DNA from: Nitrospirota bacterium
Lineage (GTDB): Bacteria; Nitrospirota; Nitrospiria; 2-01-FULL-66-17
NCBI GenBank assembly: GCA_016201825.1
Contig: JACQCD010000002.1
Coordinates: 2,080 to 66,079, forward strand
Length of the DNA stretch: 64,000 nt
Reading direction: 5' to 3'
Shown: positions 7,729 to 16,126 of the stretch, piece after piece
How the letters are laid out: each line of letters opens with the position of its first letter
How positions within the stretch are numbered: position 1 is the stretch's first letter
Notes under the pieces: model-generated
Database searches by the model: none
What the model was told of the DNA's origin: nothing
Seen by the model: the letters and a program-made list of their open reading frames with translations, nothing else
Made by a program: the position numbers and the translations under genes

Positions 7729-9018
7729 ATGTTAGACATTCGCATCCTGCGCGAGCAGCGTGACCGGGTCGAGGGCGCGTACCGCGCGCGGGGATACCAG
7801 ACCGATTTGGAATCTCTCCTCCAGCGCGACGGGGAGCGCCGCCGGCTCCAGCGCGAGATCGACGCCCTCAAGCAGCAGCGCAATCAGGCCTCCGAGGCGA
7901 TCGCCAAGCTCAAGCGGAGCGGGACCTCGGATGACGAGGTCGAGCGGCTTCGGACCGAGACGCAGCGCGTCGGCGACACCCTCAAGGCGCTCGAAACCCA
8001 GTGGCAGACCGTGGACGCGGAGGTCGAGGCGGCGCTGCTGACTCTGCCGAACCTCCCCCACGACTCGGTGCCGGTCGGTCGTGACGCGTCGTCCAACGTG
8101 GAGGTCCGGCGCGTCGGCGAGCCGCGCCGGTTCGGATTTGCCCCCCAGCCCCACTGGGAGCTGGGCGAGCGGCTGGGCATTTTGGATTTCGAGCGCGGCG
8201 CGCGCATCACGGGGTCGCGGTTTACGGTCTCCCGCGGCGTGGGCGCCCGTCTGGAACGGGCTCTGATGAATTTCATGCTCGATCGCCATACCACCGACCA
8301 CGGCTACACCGAGGTTCTGCCGCCGTTCCTCGTGAACCGCGCGAGCATGACCGGAACCGGCCAGCTCCCGAAGTTCGAAGACGACCTCTTCCGGCTCGAG
8401 GCCGACGATTACTTCTTGATCCCCACCGGCGAGGTGCCGCTCACGAACTTGCACCGTGACGAGATCCTCGCGGAGAGCGACCTGCCGATCGCGTACGCCG
8501 CCTCCACCCCGTGCTTCCGCCGGGAAGCCGGTTCCTACGGCCGGGACGTGCGCGGATTGATTCGGCAACATCAGTTCAACAAGGTCGAGCTCGTCACGTT
8601 GACCACGTCCGAGGCGTCGTACGACGCGCTGGAGCGGTTGGTCCGCCACGCGGAAGCCATCCTGACCGCGCTCGAACTGCCGTATCGCGTGATGGCCCTT
8701 TGCACCGGCGATCTCGGCTTCGGGGCGGCCAAGACCTACGACCTCGAGGTCTGGCTGCCCGGCGAGGACGCGTACCGGGAGATCTCGTCTTGCAGCAACT
8801 TCGAGGCGTTTCAAGCCCGCCGGATCGGAATCCGGTACCGACCGGCCGGCGGCAAGAAGACCGAGTTCGTCCATACCTTGAATGGATCGGGGTTGGCGGT
8901 GGGACGGACGGTCGTGGCGATTCTAGAAAACTACCAGGAAGCGGACGGCACGGTGGTGATTCCGAAGGCGCTCCGGCCGTACCTGGGTGGCGTGGATGTC
9001 ATTCGTGGCGCCTCGTAA
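7729..9018 (+). CDS. serS: Serine--tRNA ligase
   Basis: 429 aa with an N-terminal coiled-coil [22 protein letters not shown]. The class II catalytic core shows [25 protein letters not shown] and [18 protein letters not shown]. Confidence 0.9.
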   Translation: MLDIRILREQRDRVEGAYRARGYQTDLESLLQRDGERRRLQREIDALKQQRNQASEAIAKLKRSGTSDDEVERLRTETQRVGDTLKALETQWQTVDAEVEAALLTLPNLPHDSVPVGRDASSNVEVRRVGEPRRFGFAPQPHWELGERLGILDFERGARITGSRFTVSRGVGARLERALMNFMLDRHTTDHGYTEVLPPFLVNRASMTGTGQLPKFEDDLFRLEADDYFLIPTGEVPLTNLHRDEILAESDLPIAYAASTPCFRREAGSYGRDVRGLIRQHQFNKVELVTLTTSEASYDALERLVRHAEAILTALELPYRVMALCTGDLGFGAAKTYDLEVWLPGEDAYREISSCSNFEAFQARRIGIRYRPAGGKKTEFVHTLNGSGLAVGRTVVAILENYQEADGTVVIPKALRPYLGGVDVIRGAS

Positions 9019-9034
9019 GGGTCACGCGCGACGG

Positions 9035-9475
9035 ATGCTGTCGAGAAGGAGAATCCCCTTGTTCAAACGGATGAGAGACTGGTTTAGAAACCTTGGAAAC
9101 GCGCCGGGCGATACCACCGCCGCGACGGCATTCGGCGCGACCCGGTTGACGCTCAAGGAGCCCGCCAAGAAGCTCGTCAAATCGGATCGCACCGCCGAAG
9201 ACGCCGTTCGCTACAAGGAAGAGGCCCGAATCAAATTGGACGAGGCCAAAGTGCTCGGCCTGCTCGATTCGTGGAAAATCGAGAACGACGTCCCCATCCT
9301 CTTCGTCGGACCCGCCTGGAACAACGCGGAGCCCAAGGCCAAGAAGACCTTCCTCCAACACGCCAATACGCTCTTCCTCGACGGCCAGGAGGGCTTCATC
9401 GCCTTCGACATCTACGACGCCCGCACCCAAAGAAAAATCGCCCGCTGGGGAAACTTCGAGCCGTACGTGGACTGA
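9035..9475 (+). CDS. Hypothetical protein
   Basis: ORF downstream of serS with no recognisable domain. The start is placed at the first ATG (9035) after the serS stop; 8987 is the track maximum. Confidence 0.3.
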   Translation: MLSRRRIPLFKRMRDWFRNLGNAPGDTTAATAFGATRLTLKEPAKKLVKSDRTAEDAVRYKEEARIKLDEAKVLGLLDSWKIENDVPILFVGPAWNNAEPKAKKTFLQHANTLFLDGQEGFIAFDIYDARTQRKIARWGNFEPYVD

Positions 9476-9530
9476 GTGGCATCGGCCAAGTTACCCAATA
9501 GACACAGTCGGGATTGACAGATCCCTCGCT

Positions 9531-10391
9531 CTACGTTCCTTTCAGCCCCTTCGCATCTTCCTCCGCCAGTTCCAAATGAGGCGCCGCCCCTTTGATCCGC
9601 TTCTCGACATGTTTGATATGTTCGGCCGCCGGGATGTCTTCCGGCCGCGTCCCTCCGATGCGCTCAATCGCCTTGCGAACTTCCTTACCCACCTCTTCGT
9701 GGGTGCGAATCGCCTGCTGCTGATCGTTGACCCGCTCCCTCGCCAGCTTGTCGCGGGCTTGCGTCATCCGGAACTGATTCGCCGCCAATTCCGTGGTCTC
9801 CATACGGTCCATCAGATTCTCTTTGACGGGGATTCCTTTTCGGGTCTTGATCGCGTCCCTGCCCAACCCGCCATACATCCCCTTATATCCCGCATCGTGA
9901 AAAATGCCGAACATGCGATCTTGGACTCCTGCTTGGCGCGCTGCTCCCGACAATGCCTTAAACTCCTCGGTCGCCTGTTTGCGGATCTCCAGGCGCTCCC
10001 GGTCCGCGGCTGACACGTCGGACAGTTCCTGGCGGCGGGTCTGAATCGCAAAATATTTCTGCGCGTGGGCGATTTCAGGTTTTCGCGGATCGCCATTTTG
10101 TGCGATCAGATAACAGGCAAATCGGGAAAGGTGATAATCTTGCACTTCCTGAATCGCCCCCTTGCCCCCTTTGATCGGTTTGCCGGCGCCGGCAAAGTGA
10201 TCATCCGGCTCGTTCCCGGATTGCTGGCACGATGTCTTTGCTTTTTGAATGGCGTTCTCGAAACGCCTCCACTGGCTATAGCCCAGCAACGGCTGCAAAT
10301 CTCTCGCGCTCCAATATTCCGCGCCGTGTTCGTTGCGCTGTTTGAGCTGTTCAAAAGATTTCCCTCCAGCTTCGGGGGTGAGTTCACTCAT
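9531..10391 (-). CDS. dinD: DNA-damage-inducible protein D homologue
   Basis: From the internal ATG (residue 130, 10391), preceded by a GGAGG RBS: MSELTPEAGGKSFEQLK...EYWSARDLQPLLGYSQWRRFENAIQKA...HLSRFACYLIAQNGDP...YFAIQTRRQEL...GYKGMYGG...TTELAANQFR. This is collinear with E. coli DinD. Confidence 0.7.
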   Translation of the reverse strand: MSELTPEAGGKSFEQLKQRNEHGAEYWSARDLQPLLGYSQWRRFENAIQKAKTSCQQSGNEPDDHFAGAGKPIKGGKGAIQEVQDYHLSRFACYLIAQNGDPRKPEIAHAQKYFAIQTRRQELSDVSAADRERLEIRKQATEEFKALSGAARQAGVQDRMFGIFHDAGYKGMYGGLGRDAIKTRKGIPVKENLMDRMETTELAANQFRMTQARDKLARERVNDQQQAIRTHEEVGKEVRKAIERIGGTRPEDIPAAEHIKHVEKRIKGAAPHLELAEEDAKGLKGT

Positions 10392-10435
10392 GGGCGCCTC
10401 CTTGTGCAGAAGGGGCAAGGGGGAACTGACCAGGC

Positions 10436-11437
10436 CTATAGGTCCACCTCGCGCAAAAATTTTGCGGCTTCCTCCGGCGGCGTCGGGTTGATGTAGAAGC
10501 CCGAGCCGCGCTCGAACCCCGCCACTTCCGTCAGCTTGGGCATGATCTCGAAGTGCCAGTGGTGGTACTCGTCGGCCTTGTCGCGCAGCGGCGCGGTGTG
10601 GAGGATGAAATTGTAGGGTGGGGTGTTGAGGGCACGGTCGAGGCGGCGCAGGACTTCCGAAAAAATCCTGGCCAGCGACTCGAAGTGGGACTTCTGGGTT
10701 TCCTCGAAGTTCGAGGCGTGGGCCTTGGGGAGGACCCAGACCTCGAAGGGAAAGCGCGGGGCGAAGGGGGCGATGCACGCGAAGTCCCCGTTCTCGCAGA
10801 CGACTCGCGCTCCATCGCTGATCTCCTGTTTGAGGATGTCGCAGTAGATGCAGCGCTCCTTCTCCGCGAAGTGCTCGCGGGAGCCGTTCAACTCATCCAA
10901 GACCTGGCTGGGGATGATCGGGAGCGCGATCAATTGCGAATGGGTGTGTTCCAGCGAAGCGCCGGCCTCGACGCCGTGGTTCTTGAAGATGAGGATGTAC
11001 CGAAACCGTCCGTCCTTCTTGAGATCCAGGATCCGATCGCGGTAGGCCCAGAAGGTATTTTCAAAGACTTTCTCGGACATCGCGGAAAGCGTCATCTTGT
11101 GGTCCGGCGACTCGATGATCACCTCGTGCGCGCCGACGCCGTTCATCTTGTCGAACATCCCGACGCCCTCGCGGTTGAGGACGCCCTCGATCTGCAAGGC
11201 CGGGAACTTGTTCGGCACGACCCGGAGCGTCCAGCCGGGACCGTTGGCCCGCCCCGCTTCGGGACGGTAGGCGAGGACTTCCTGCGGCGTCAACGCTTCG
11301 TTGCCGGGGCAGAAGGGACAGAGCGATCCGCGCCCGGGCAGTTCCCGGCTGACCTGAAAATCGGAGGGCCGCTTCCACCGCTCCGTCGCAATGATGACCC
11401 ACCGGTCGACGATGGGGTCTTTCCGCAATTCCGGCAT
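10436..11437 (-). CDS. Galactose-1-phosphate uridylyltransferase-family protein (GalT-like nucleotidyltransferase/phosphorylase)
   Basis: An N-terminal CPFCPGNE zinc motif and an HTHSQ (HxHxQ) active-site motif, with two half-barrel repeats. It is operonic with the upstream GH57 gene. Confidence 0.7.
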   Translation of the reverse strand: MPELRKDPIVDRWVIIATERWKRPSDFQVSRELPGRGSLCPFCPGNEALTPQEVLAYRPEAGRANGPGWTLRVVPNKFPALQIEGVLNREGVGMFDKMNGVGAHEVIIESPDHKMTLSAMSEKVFENTFWAYRDRILDLKKDGRFRYILIFKNHGVEAGASLEHTHSQLIALPIIPSQVLDELNGSREHFAEKERCIYCDILKQEISDGARVVCENGDFACIAPFAPRFPFEVWVLPKAHASNFEETQKSHFESLARIFSEVLRRLDRALNTPPYNFILHTAPLRDKADEYHHWHFEIMPKLTEVAGFERGSGFYINPTPPEEAAKFLREVDL

Positions 11438-11456
11438 AGCCTCTCCCTTTTCCTCT

Positions 11457-11516
11457 CTAGCGTGACGGACAATTGTTGCTTCCCGTCTAGCGTGACGGAC
11501 AATCGTTGACTTCCGT
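11457..11516. repeat. Tandem direct repeat, 2 x 30 nt, in the GH57/GalT-like intergenic spacer
   Basis: The two units are ctagcgtgacggacaattgttgcttcccgt and ctagcgtgacggacaatcgttgacttccgt (about 26/30 identical). Each contains the near-palindrome gacggacaatTgt. The second unit abuts the GH57 stop codon. Confidence 0.6.
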
Positions 11517-13696
11517 CACACGCTCCACATCATCGCTTCGAAATTCGCGCCCGGCACCGTAAATGCGCAGGGCCGCTTGGGCGGGTAGTGATCCAGCTCG
11601 ATCCCGCCCTCGAGCACTTCCACCATGAACTCGACCCGCTCGCCCTCCTTAAGATCGAGATCGGCGAACGGCACGGCCAGCTCGACGATCTTGCGGTTCG
11701 CGGCGCGCGCCCGGGTCGGCACGACTTCCCACGAGTCTCCACCGTCGCCGGCGCCCCCTTCCGCGCGGCTCAGCGTACAGGGCACCTCGTCCGCGGCCGC
11801 GAGGGGGAACGTGAGTTTGAACGGGTGGGGAGCCAGGATCCGGCAGCAGCCGAGATACGCCCCGGCCCCATTCGTCAGCGCGGGAGAGGGATCGAGGCGG
11901 AGGTAGAAGTGGTCCCGATCGAACCCGTACCAGATGCCGGTCAGGTACGAGACGGGACAATACATCTGGGCGGCGTCGTTCCGGACCGTGTAATGGCTGG
12001 CGAGCCACCACTCGTAGAACGAGGTGGCGACCCCGTCGATGATCGGCGTGATGAAGCGGACCGGTTCGCGGATCGGCGGCTCTCCGCGATCGAGCTTGAT
12101 CGGTTGCCGCAGGAACGGTGGGACCGTCTCCCCAAGCACTTGGTACACCCGGGACAGGTGACCGCGAAAGATTCGATCGAACTCCGGAGCCAGCACGCTC
12201 GAAAACTCGTCCCCGTACCACCAGAACCAGTCGCTGCCCTCCGCGGCGTACAACGCGTCCCAGGCCTGCTCAATCGCCTCGGGGGATTGTCCGGCGTCGG
12301 CCGCCCGCCCGACCAAAAACTGGCGCGTCCGGCGCAGCGAGGTCCACGCCTGGTTGTCTTCGGAGTGCCCGATCCAGATCCTGAAATTCTGATTGATCCA
12401 CGACCCGCTGTGCAGACGGCTCAGCGACTGGCTGAGCGGGGCGTCGCGGACCGCCTCGCTGAGCGTGGCGGCGACCGCCCCCTGCCGAGCGGCGAGCCGT
12501 TGGTAGACCTGAGAAAGAAACCCTTTTCCACCGTCGGGATACGCTTCCCAGGGATTCTCTCCGTCCAGGATCACGGCGACCAGCGCGGCGCCGGGCTCCC
12601 GCGCGCCGATGGCCTGCGCGCGATCCACGAAATCCCGGGCCGCCGTCTCAGGCACATTTCTCGCGTAGGTGAACCCGATGAGATCCGATAAGGTTCGGTC
12701 CCGGAAGACGACGGCGACTTCGGCGCCGTTGACCGCAACGCGATAGGGCACGTAGGGAGTCGTCACCGCTTCGCCGCCGGACAGCGATCGGGCCAGAACG
12801 CCTTCGTCGGTCGCGATCCAGCGGATGCCCTGCTCGTACACCAGCGGGATGATCTCGGGGGACACCGACCCTTCGGAAGGCCAGAGCCCCGTCGGCCGCC
12901 GGCCGAAGACCCGTTCGTGCAGCGCGAGGCCGCGCACTAACTGCTCACGGGCGTCCTCCGGCACCTCCAGGCGTTGGGGCAGCCGGGCGTCGGGCTGGGC
13001 TCTCAACGCCGAATCGGAATCGACGAGCAGGGGCAGGATCGGATGATAGTACGGGCTGGTGATCAGTTCGATCACCCCGCCCTCCTGCAGCGCGCGGTAA
13101 CGCGGCAGGACTTCCCCCAGCACCGCCGCTTGGGTATCGAGCACCACCCGCTTATCGTCCTCGGTAAACCGTTCGCCCTTGGTCCGCAACTCGTCGATGG
13201 CCGGAAACCTGGCGCGCGCGGCGTGGCCAAACCAGGCGAGATTGAACCACACCTGCAGGTCGAGATAGTCCTGGGTGGAGAATCGGCGCGTCACCGCGGC
13301 CCACTCCATCGGATCGACCGTCATCCCGCGCTTGAGCAGCAGGCTCCAATACCGGGCGGCAGGCTTGATCATTGAATCCCAATGCGCCATGAAGAAATGT
13401 TGGAGCACAAACACGCGATTGTGGGGGGTGAGATCGGCGGCGGGAGTCAGGGTGACGTCGCGGTAGCGGTCGGTCACGCGTCCCTCGACCAGCTCGAGCA
13501 ACTGCGCCGTGAGCGACGGCGTGAAATTGAAGGTCTGCCGGACTTCGGAGAACTCTTCGGCGAGGACGGCCATGTCATAGTACGCTTTGACGCCGTGGAG
13601 CCGCACCCAGGGGAGGGGCGTGGTCATCGTGGCGCGGTCCACGTAATAGGGCTGGTGCATGTGCCAGAGAAAGGCGACGGTCGGTTGCCGGATCAT
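11516..13696 (-). CDS. Glycoside hydrolase family 57 enzyme (alpha-glucan branching enzyme / 4-alpha-glucanotransferase type)
   Basis: AFLWHMHQPYYVD is the GH57 signature. The long catalytic (beta/alpha)7 region carries HFFMAHWD and SPYYHPILPLL. The start is placed at the internal ATG (residue 29); the track maximum is 13780. Confidence 0.75.
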   Translation of the reverse strand: MIRQPTVAFLWHMHQPYYVDRATMTTPLPWVRLHGVKAYYDMAVLAEEFSEVRQTFNFTPSLTAQLLELVEGRVTDRYRDVTLTPAADLTPHNRVFVLQHFFMAHWDSMIKPAARYWSLLLKRGMTVDPMEWAAVTRRFSTQDYLDLQVWFNLAWFGHAARARFPAIDELRTKGERFTEDDKRVVLDTQAAVLGEVLPRYRALQEGGVIELITSPYYHPILPLLVDSDSALRAQPDARLPQRLEVPEDAREQLVRGLALHERVFGRRPTGLWPSEGSVSPEIIPLVYEQGIRWIATDEGVLARSLSGGEAVTTPYVPYRVAVNGAEVAVVFRDRTLSDLIGFTYARNVPETAARDFVDRAQAIGAREPGAALVAVILDGENPWEAYPDGGKGFLSQVYQRLAARQGAVAATLSEAVRDAPLSQSLSRLHSGSWINQNFRIWIGHSEDNQAWTSLRRTRQFLVGRAADAGQSPEAIEQAWDALYAAEGSDWFWWYGDEFSSVLAPEFDRIFRGHLSRVYQVLGETVPPFLRQPIKLDRGEPPIREPVRFITPIIDGVATSFYEWWLASHYTVRNDAAQMYCPVSYLTGIWYGFDRDHFYLRLDPSPALTNGAGAYLGCCRILAPHPFKLTFPLAAADEVPCTLSRAEGGAGDGGDSWEVVPTRARAANRKIVELAVPFADLDLKEGERVEFMVEVLEGGIELDHYPPKRPCAFTVPGANFEAMMWSV

Positions 13697-13818
13697 CGAA
13701 GACACCCCGCAGGCGACCCGAAGGATAACAAGGCATCGGGTCGAATTCAAGGCGACGTGGATTTCACGCCGCGAATTCACTATAATGGATCTCTCGAATT
13801 TCGTCCCGGGGGACTGCG

Positions 13819-14700
13819 ATGGAACAAGGCACCTGGAAGCTGAAGGTCGGGCTCGCCGAGATGCTCAAGGGCGGCGTGATCATGGACGTGACCACGCCGG
13901 ATCAGGCCCGGATCGCCGAGGAGGCGGGAGCCGTCGCCGTGATGGCGCTCGAGCGCGTTCCGGCGGACATCCGGGCCCAGGGCGGGGTGGCGCGCATGGC
14001 CGATCCCCAGATCGTCAAGGCGATCATGGCCGCGGTCACGATTCCGGTCATGGCGAAGTGCCGCATCGGCCATCTCGCGGAGGCCCAGGTCCTCCAGCAC
14101 CTCGGCGTGGATTTCATCGACGAAAGCGAGGTGCTGACCCCGGCCGATGACCACTACCACGTCGACAAGCGCGTCTTCACCGTGCCGTTCGTGTGCGGCG
14201 CCCGGGATTTGGGCGAGGCGCTCCGACGAATCGGCGAGGGCGCAGCCATGATCCGCACCAAGGGCGAGGCGGGCTCGGGTAACGTGGTCGAGGCCGTCCG
14301 GCACCTGCGGCAAATCGTCGAACAAATGCGGCGCCTTACGGTCGCGCCGCCCGAAACGTTGATGGCCGAGGCCAAGGCGCTCGGCGCACCATACGAGCTG
14401 GTCACCGAGGTGGCGAAGACGGGCAAGCTGCCGGTCCCAAACTTCGCCGCGGGCGGGATCGCGACACCCGCGGACGCCGCGCTGCTGCGACAGTTGGGCG
14501 CGGAGGCGGTCTTCGTGGGGTCCGGAATCTTTAAGTCGCTCGATCCCAAAGCTCGGGCCAAAGCCATCGTCGAAGCCGCCACGTATTACGACCAGCCCGA
14601 CGTCGTGGCCCGCGTGTCAGAAAATCTGCCGGGCGCCATGGACGGCCTCGATATCCGCAAACTGGACGAGAAGGAGCTGCTCCAAAGTCGCGGATGGTAG
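13819..14700 (+). CDS. pdxS: Pyridoxal 5'-phosphate synthase lyase subunit
   Basis: [42 protein letters not shown], a typical PdxS/SNZ sequence. Confidence 0.9.
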   Translation: MEQGTWKLKVGLAEMLKGGVIMDVTTPDQARIAEEAGAVAVMALERVPADIRAQGGVARMADPQIVKAIMAAVTIPVMAKCRIGHLAEAQVLQHLGVDFIDESEVLTPADDHYHVDKRVFTVPFVCGARDLGEALRRIGEGAAMIRTKGEAGSGNVVEAVRHLRQIVEQMRRLTVAPPETLMAEAKALGAPYELVTEVAKTGKLPVPNFAAGGIATPADAALLRQLGAEAVFVGSGIFKSLDPKARAKAIVEAATYYDQPDVVARVSENLPGAMDGLDIRKLDEKELLQSRGW

Positions 14701-15302
14701 CGTCGGCGAGGCTCCGCATCGGGGTCCTGGCCCTACAAGGAGACGTCGATCCCCATTGCGCGGTGCTCGACCGTCTCGGCGCCCTTCCGAGCACGATCAA
14801 GTCGGTGGGCGACCTCGATCGCATCGACGGCCTCATTCTCCCGGGGGGTGAAAGCACGACGATCGGCCTGTTGCTCGCGAAGAGCGGGATTGGCGCGGCT
14901 ATTCGAGAACATTACCGTCGGCGCGCCCTGCCGCTCTTCGGGACGTGCGCGGGGTTGATCCTCCTCGCGAAAACGATCGAAGAGACTCCCGACCAGCCCC
15001 ACCTTGGCTTGCTCGACGTCACCGTCCGCCGCAACGCCTTCGGGCGACAACGCGACAGTTGTGAAACCGTCGTCCCCGTGCCCCTCTTCGGCCCGGAACC
15101 GCTCCGGGCGATGTTCATCCGCGCGCCGCTCATTGTGGGAACGGGGCCGAACGTCGAGACCCTCGCCCGCTGGCGCGATCACGCGGTTCTGGTGCGCGAG
15201 GGATCCATCCTGGGCAGCGCGTTCCATCCCGAGCTGACCAACGACGAACGGGTGCATCGCTATTTTCTCGACCGCATCGTCACCCTCCGATCCCCGTCCT
15301 GA
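14694..15302 (+). CDS. pdxT: Pyridoxal 5'-phosphate synthase glutaminase subunit
   Basis: [12 protein letters not shown]...[11 protein letters not shown]...AFHPELT (Cys-His-Glu triad, GATase class I). It overlaps the pdxS stop by 7 nt. Confidence 0.85.
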   Translation: MVASARLRIGVLALQGDVDPHCAVLDRLGALPSTIKSVGDLDRIDGLILPGGESTTIGLLLAKSGIGAAIREHYRRRALPLFGTCAGLILLAKTIEETPDQPHLGLLDVTVRRNAFGRQRDSCETVVPVPLFGPEPLRAMFIRAPLIVGTGPNVETLARWRDHAVLVREGSILGSAFHPELTNDERVHRYFLDRIVTLRSPS

Positions 15303-15418
15303 GGTCGGGGATCTCGCCTCCGGCAATGACCGCTGCTCCCGGGTTGACAGCCCTATCCGGCCTGTGATAAAAGTTTGCTCCTTATCGGGACGGTCTCAAA
15401 CACACTCCCCACTCACAC

Positions 15419-16096
15419 ATGCTCCCCCGATCGAAACCCGCCGCCGCTCATCCTCGGCAGGCTGATTCCAAACGGCTGCGGATGCTCGTAGTCAACACGA
15501 GCACCCAGTTGCCGCTCGCGTTCGCCGACGAATCCGAAACCGGCGTGGCCGTCACCCGTAAGCGATTGGCGCAGGTTCCTCCGGCGGATGAAATCCGCTA
15601 TGGGATGATCGTCGCCGAGACCCCGTCGGAATGGGACAAAGACGGGGCACGTCTACGGCGGTTGATCGAGGCCAAGCCCAAAAGCTACGTGATTATCGCA
15701 CCGGCCGCGCTCTTGCAGCAGACGGCCGCCGAGATCCAAGCCGTCGGCCGCTCCCTCTCGTCCTCTCCTCGGCCGCGGACCGCGCCTCATCCCCAACCGG
15801 CTTTAACAGCCTCCGAGGGCCCGGACGGAGAGTTCCTGGACGGCTTCGTTCAGAAAAAGCTCCGCTCGTTCGTCCGCTCGTTCAGCGAGAGCGGCGGCCG
15901 AGACCTTTACGGATTTTTGATCACGGAAGTGGAGCGGCCACTGATCGCCTTCGCCCTCGAAGCCACCGGGGGCAACCAGCGCCGCGCGGCCGAACTGCTG
16001 GGAATGAACCGCAATACGCTCCAGAAACTGATCAAGAAATACAAAGTCGCGGTCGTCAAAGCCGCAAAATCCCGCGGCCGATCGCGCCGCGCGTAA
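15419..16096 (+). CDS. Fis-type HTH transcriptional regulator (degenerate receiver-like N-terminus)
   Basis: The C-terminus ERPLIAFALEATGGNQRRAAELLGMNRNTLQKLIKKY is a Fis/NtrC-type HTH_8 motif. The N-terminal part is not a canonical receiver domain. Confidence 0.5.
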   Translation: MLPRSKPAAAHPRQADSKRLRMLVVNTSTQLPLAFADESETGVAVTRKRLAQVPPADEIRYGMIVAETPSEWDKDGARLRRLIEAKPKSYVIIAPAALLQQTAAEIQAVGRSLSSSPRPRTAPHPQPALTASEGPDGEFLDGFVQKKLRSFVRSFSESGGRDLYGFLITEVERPLIAFALEATGGNQRRAAELLGMNRNTLQKLIKKYKVAVVKAAKSRGRSRRA

Positions 16097-16126
16097 GCGT
16101 TCCGCCGACTCCGGCTCGTCCCCCGC

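Noticed and set aside
8987-9034. Extension of the hypothetical ORF back into serS.
   Set aside because: It overlaps the serS C-terminus. The first ATG after the serS stop (9035) is preferred.
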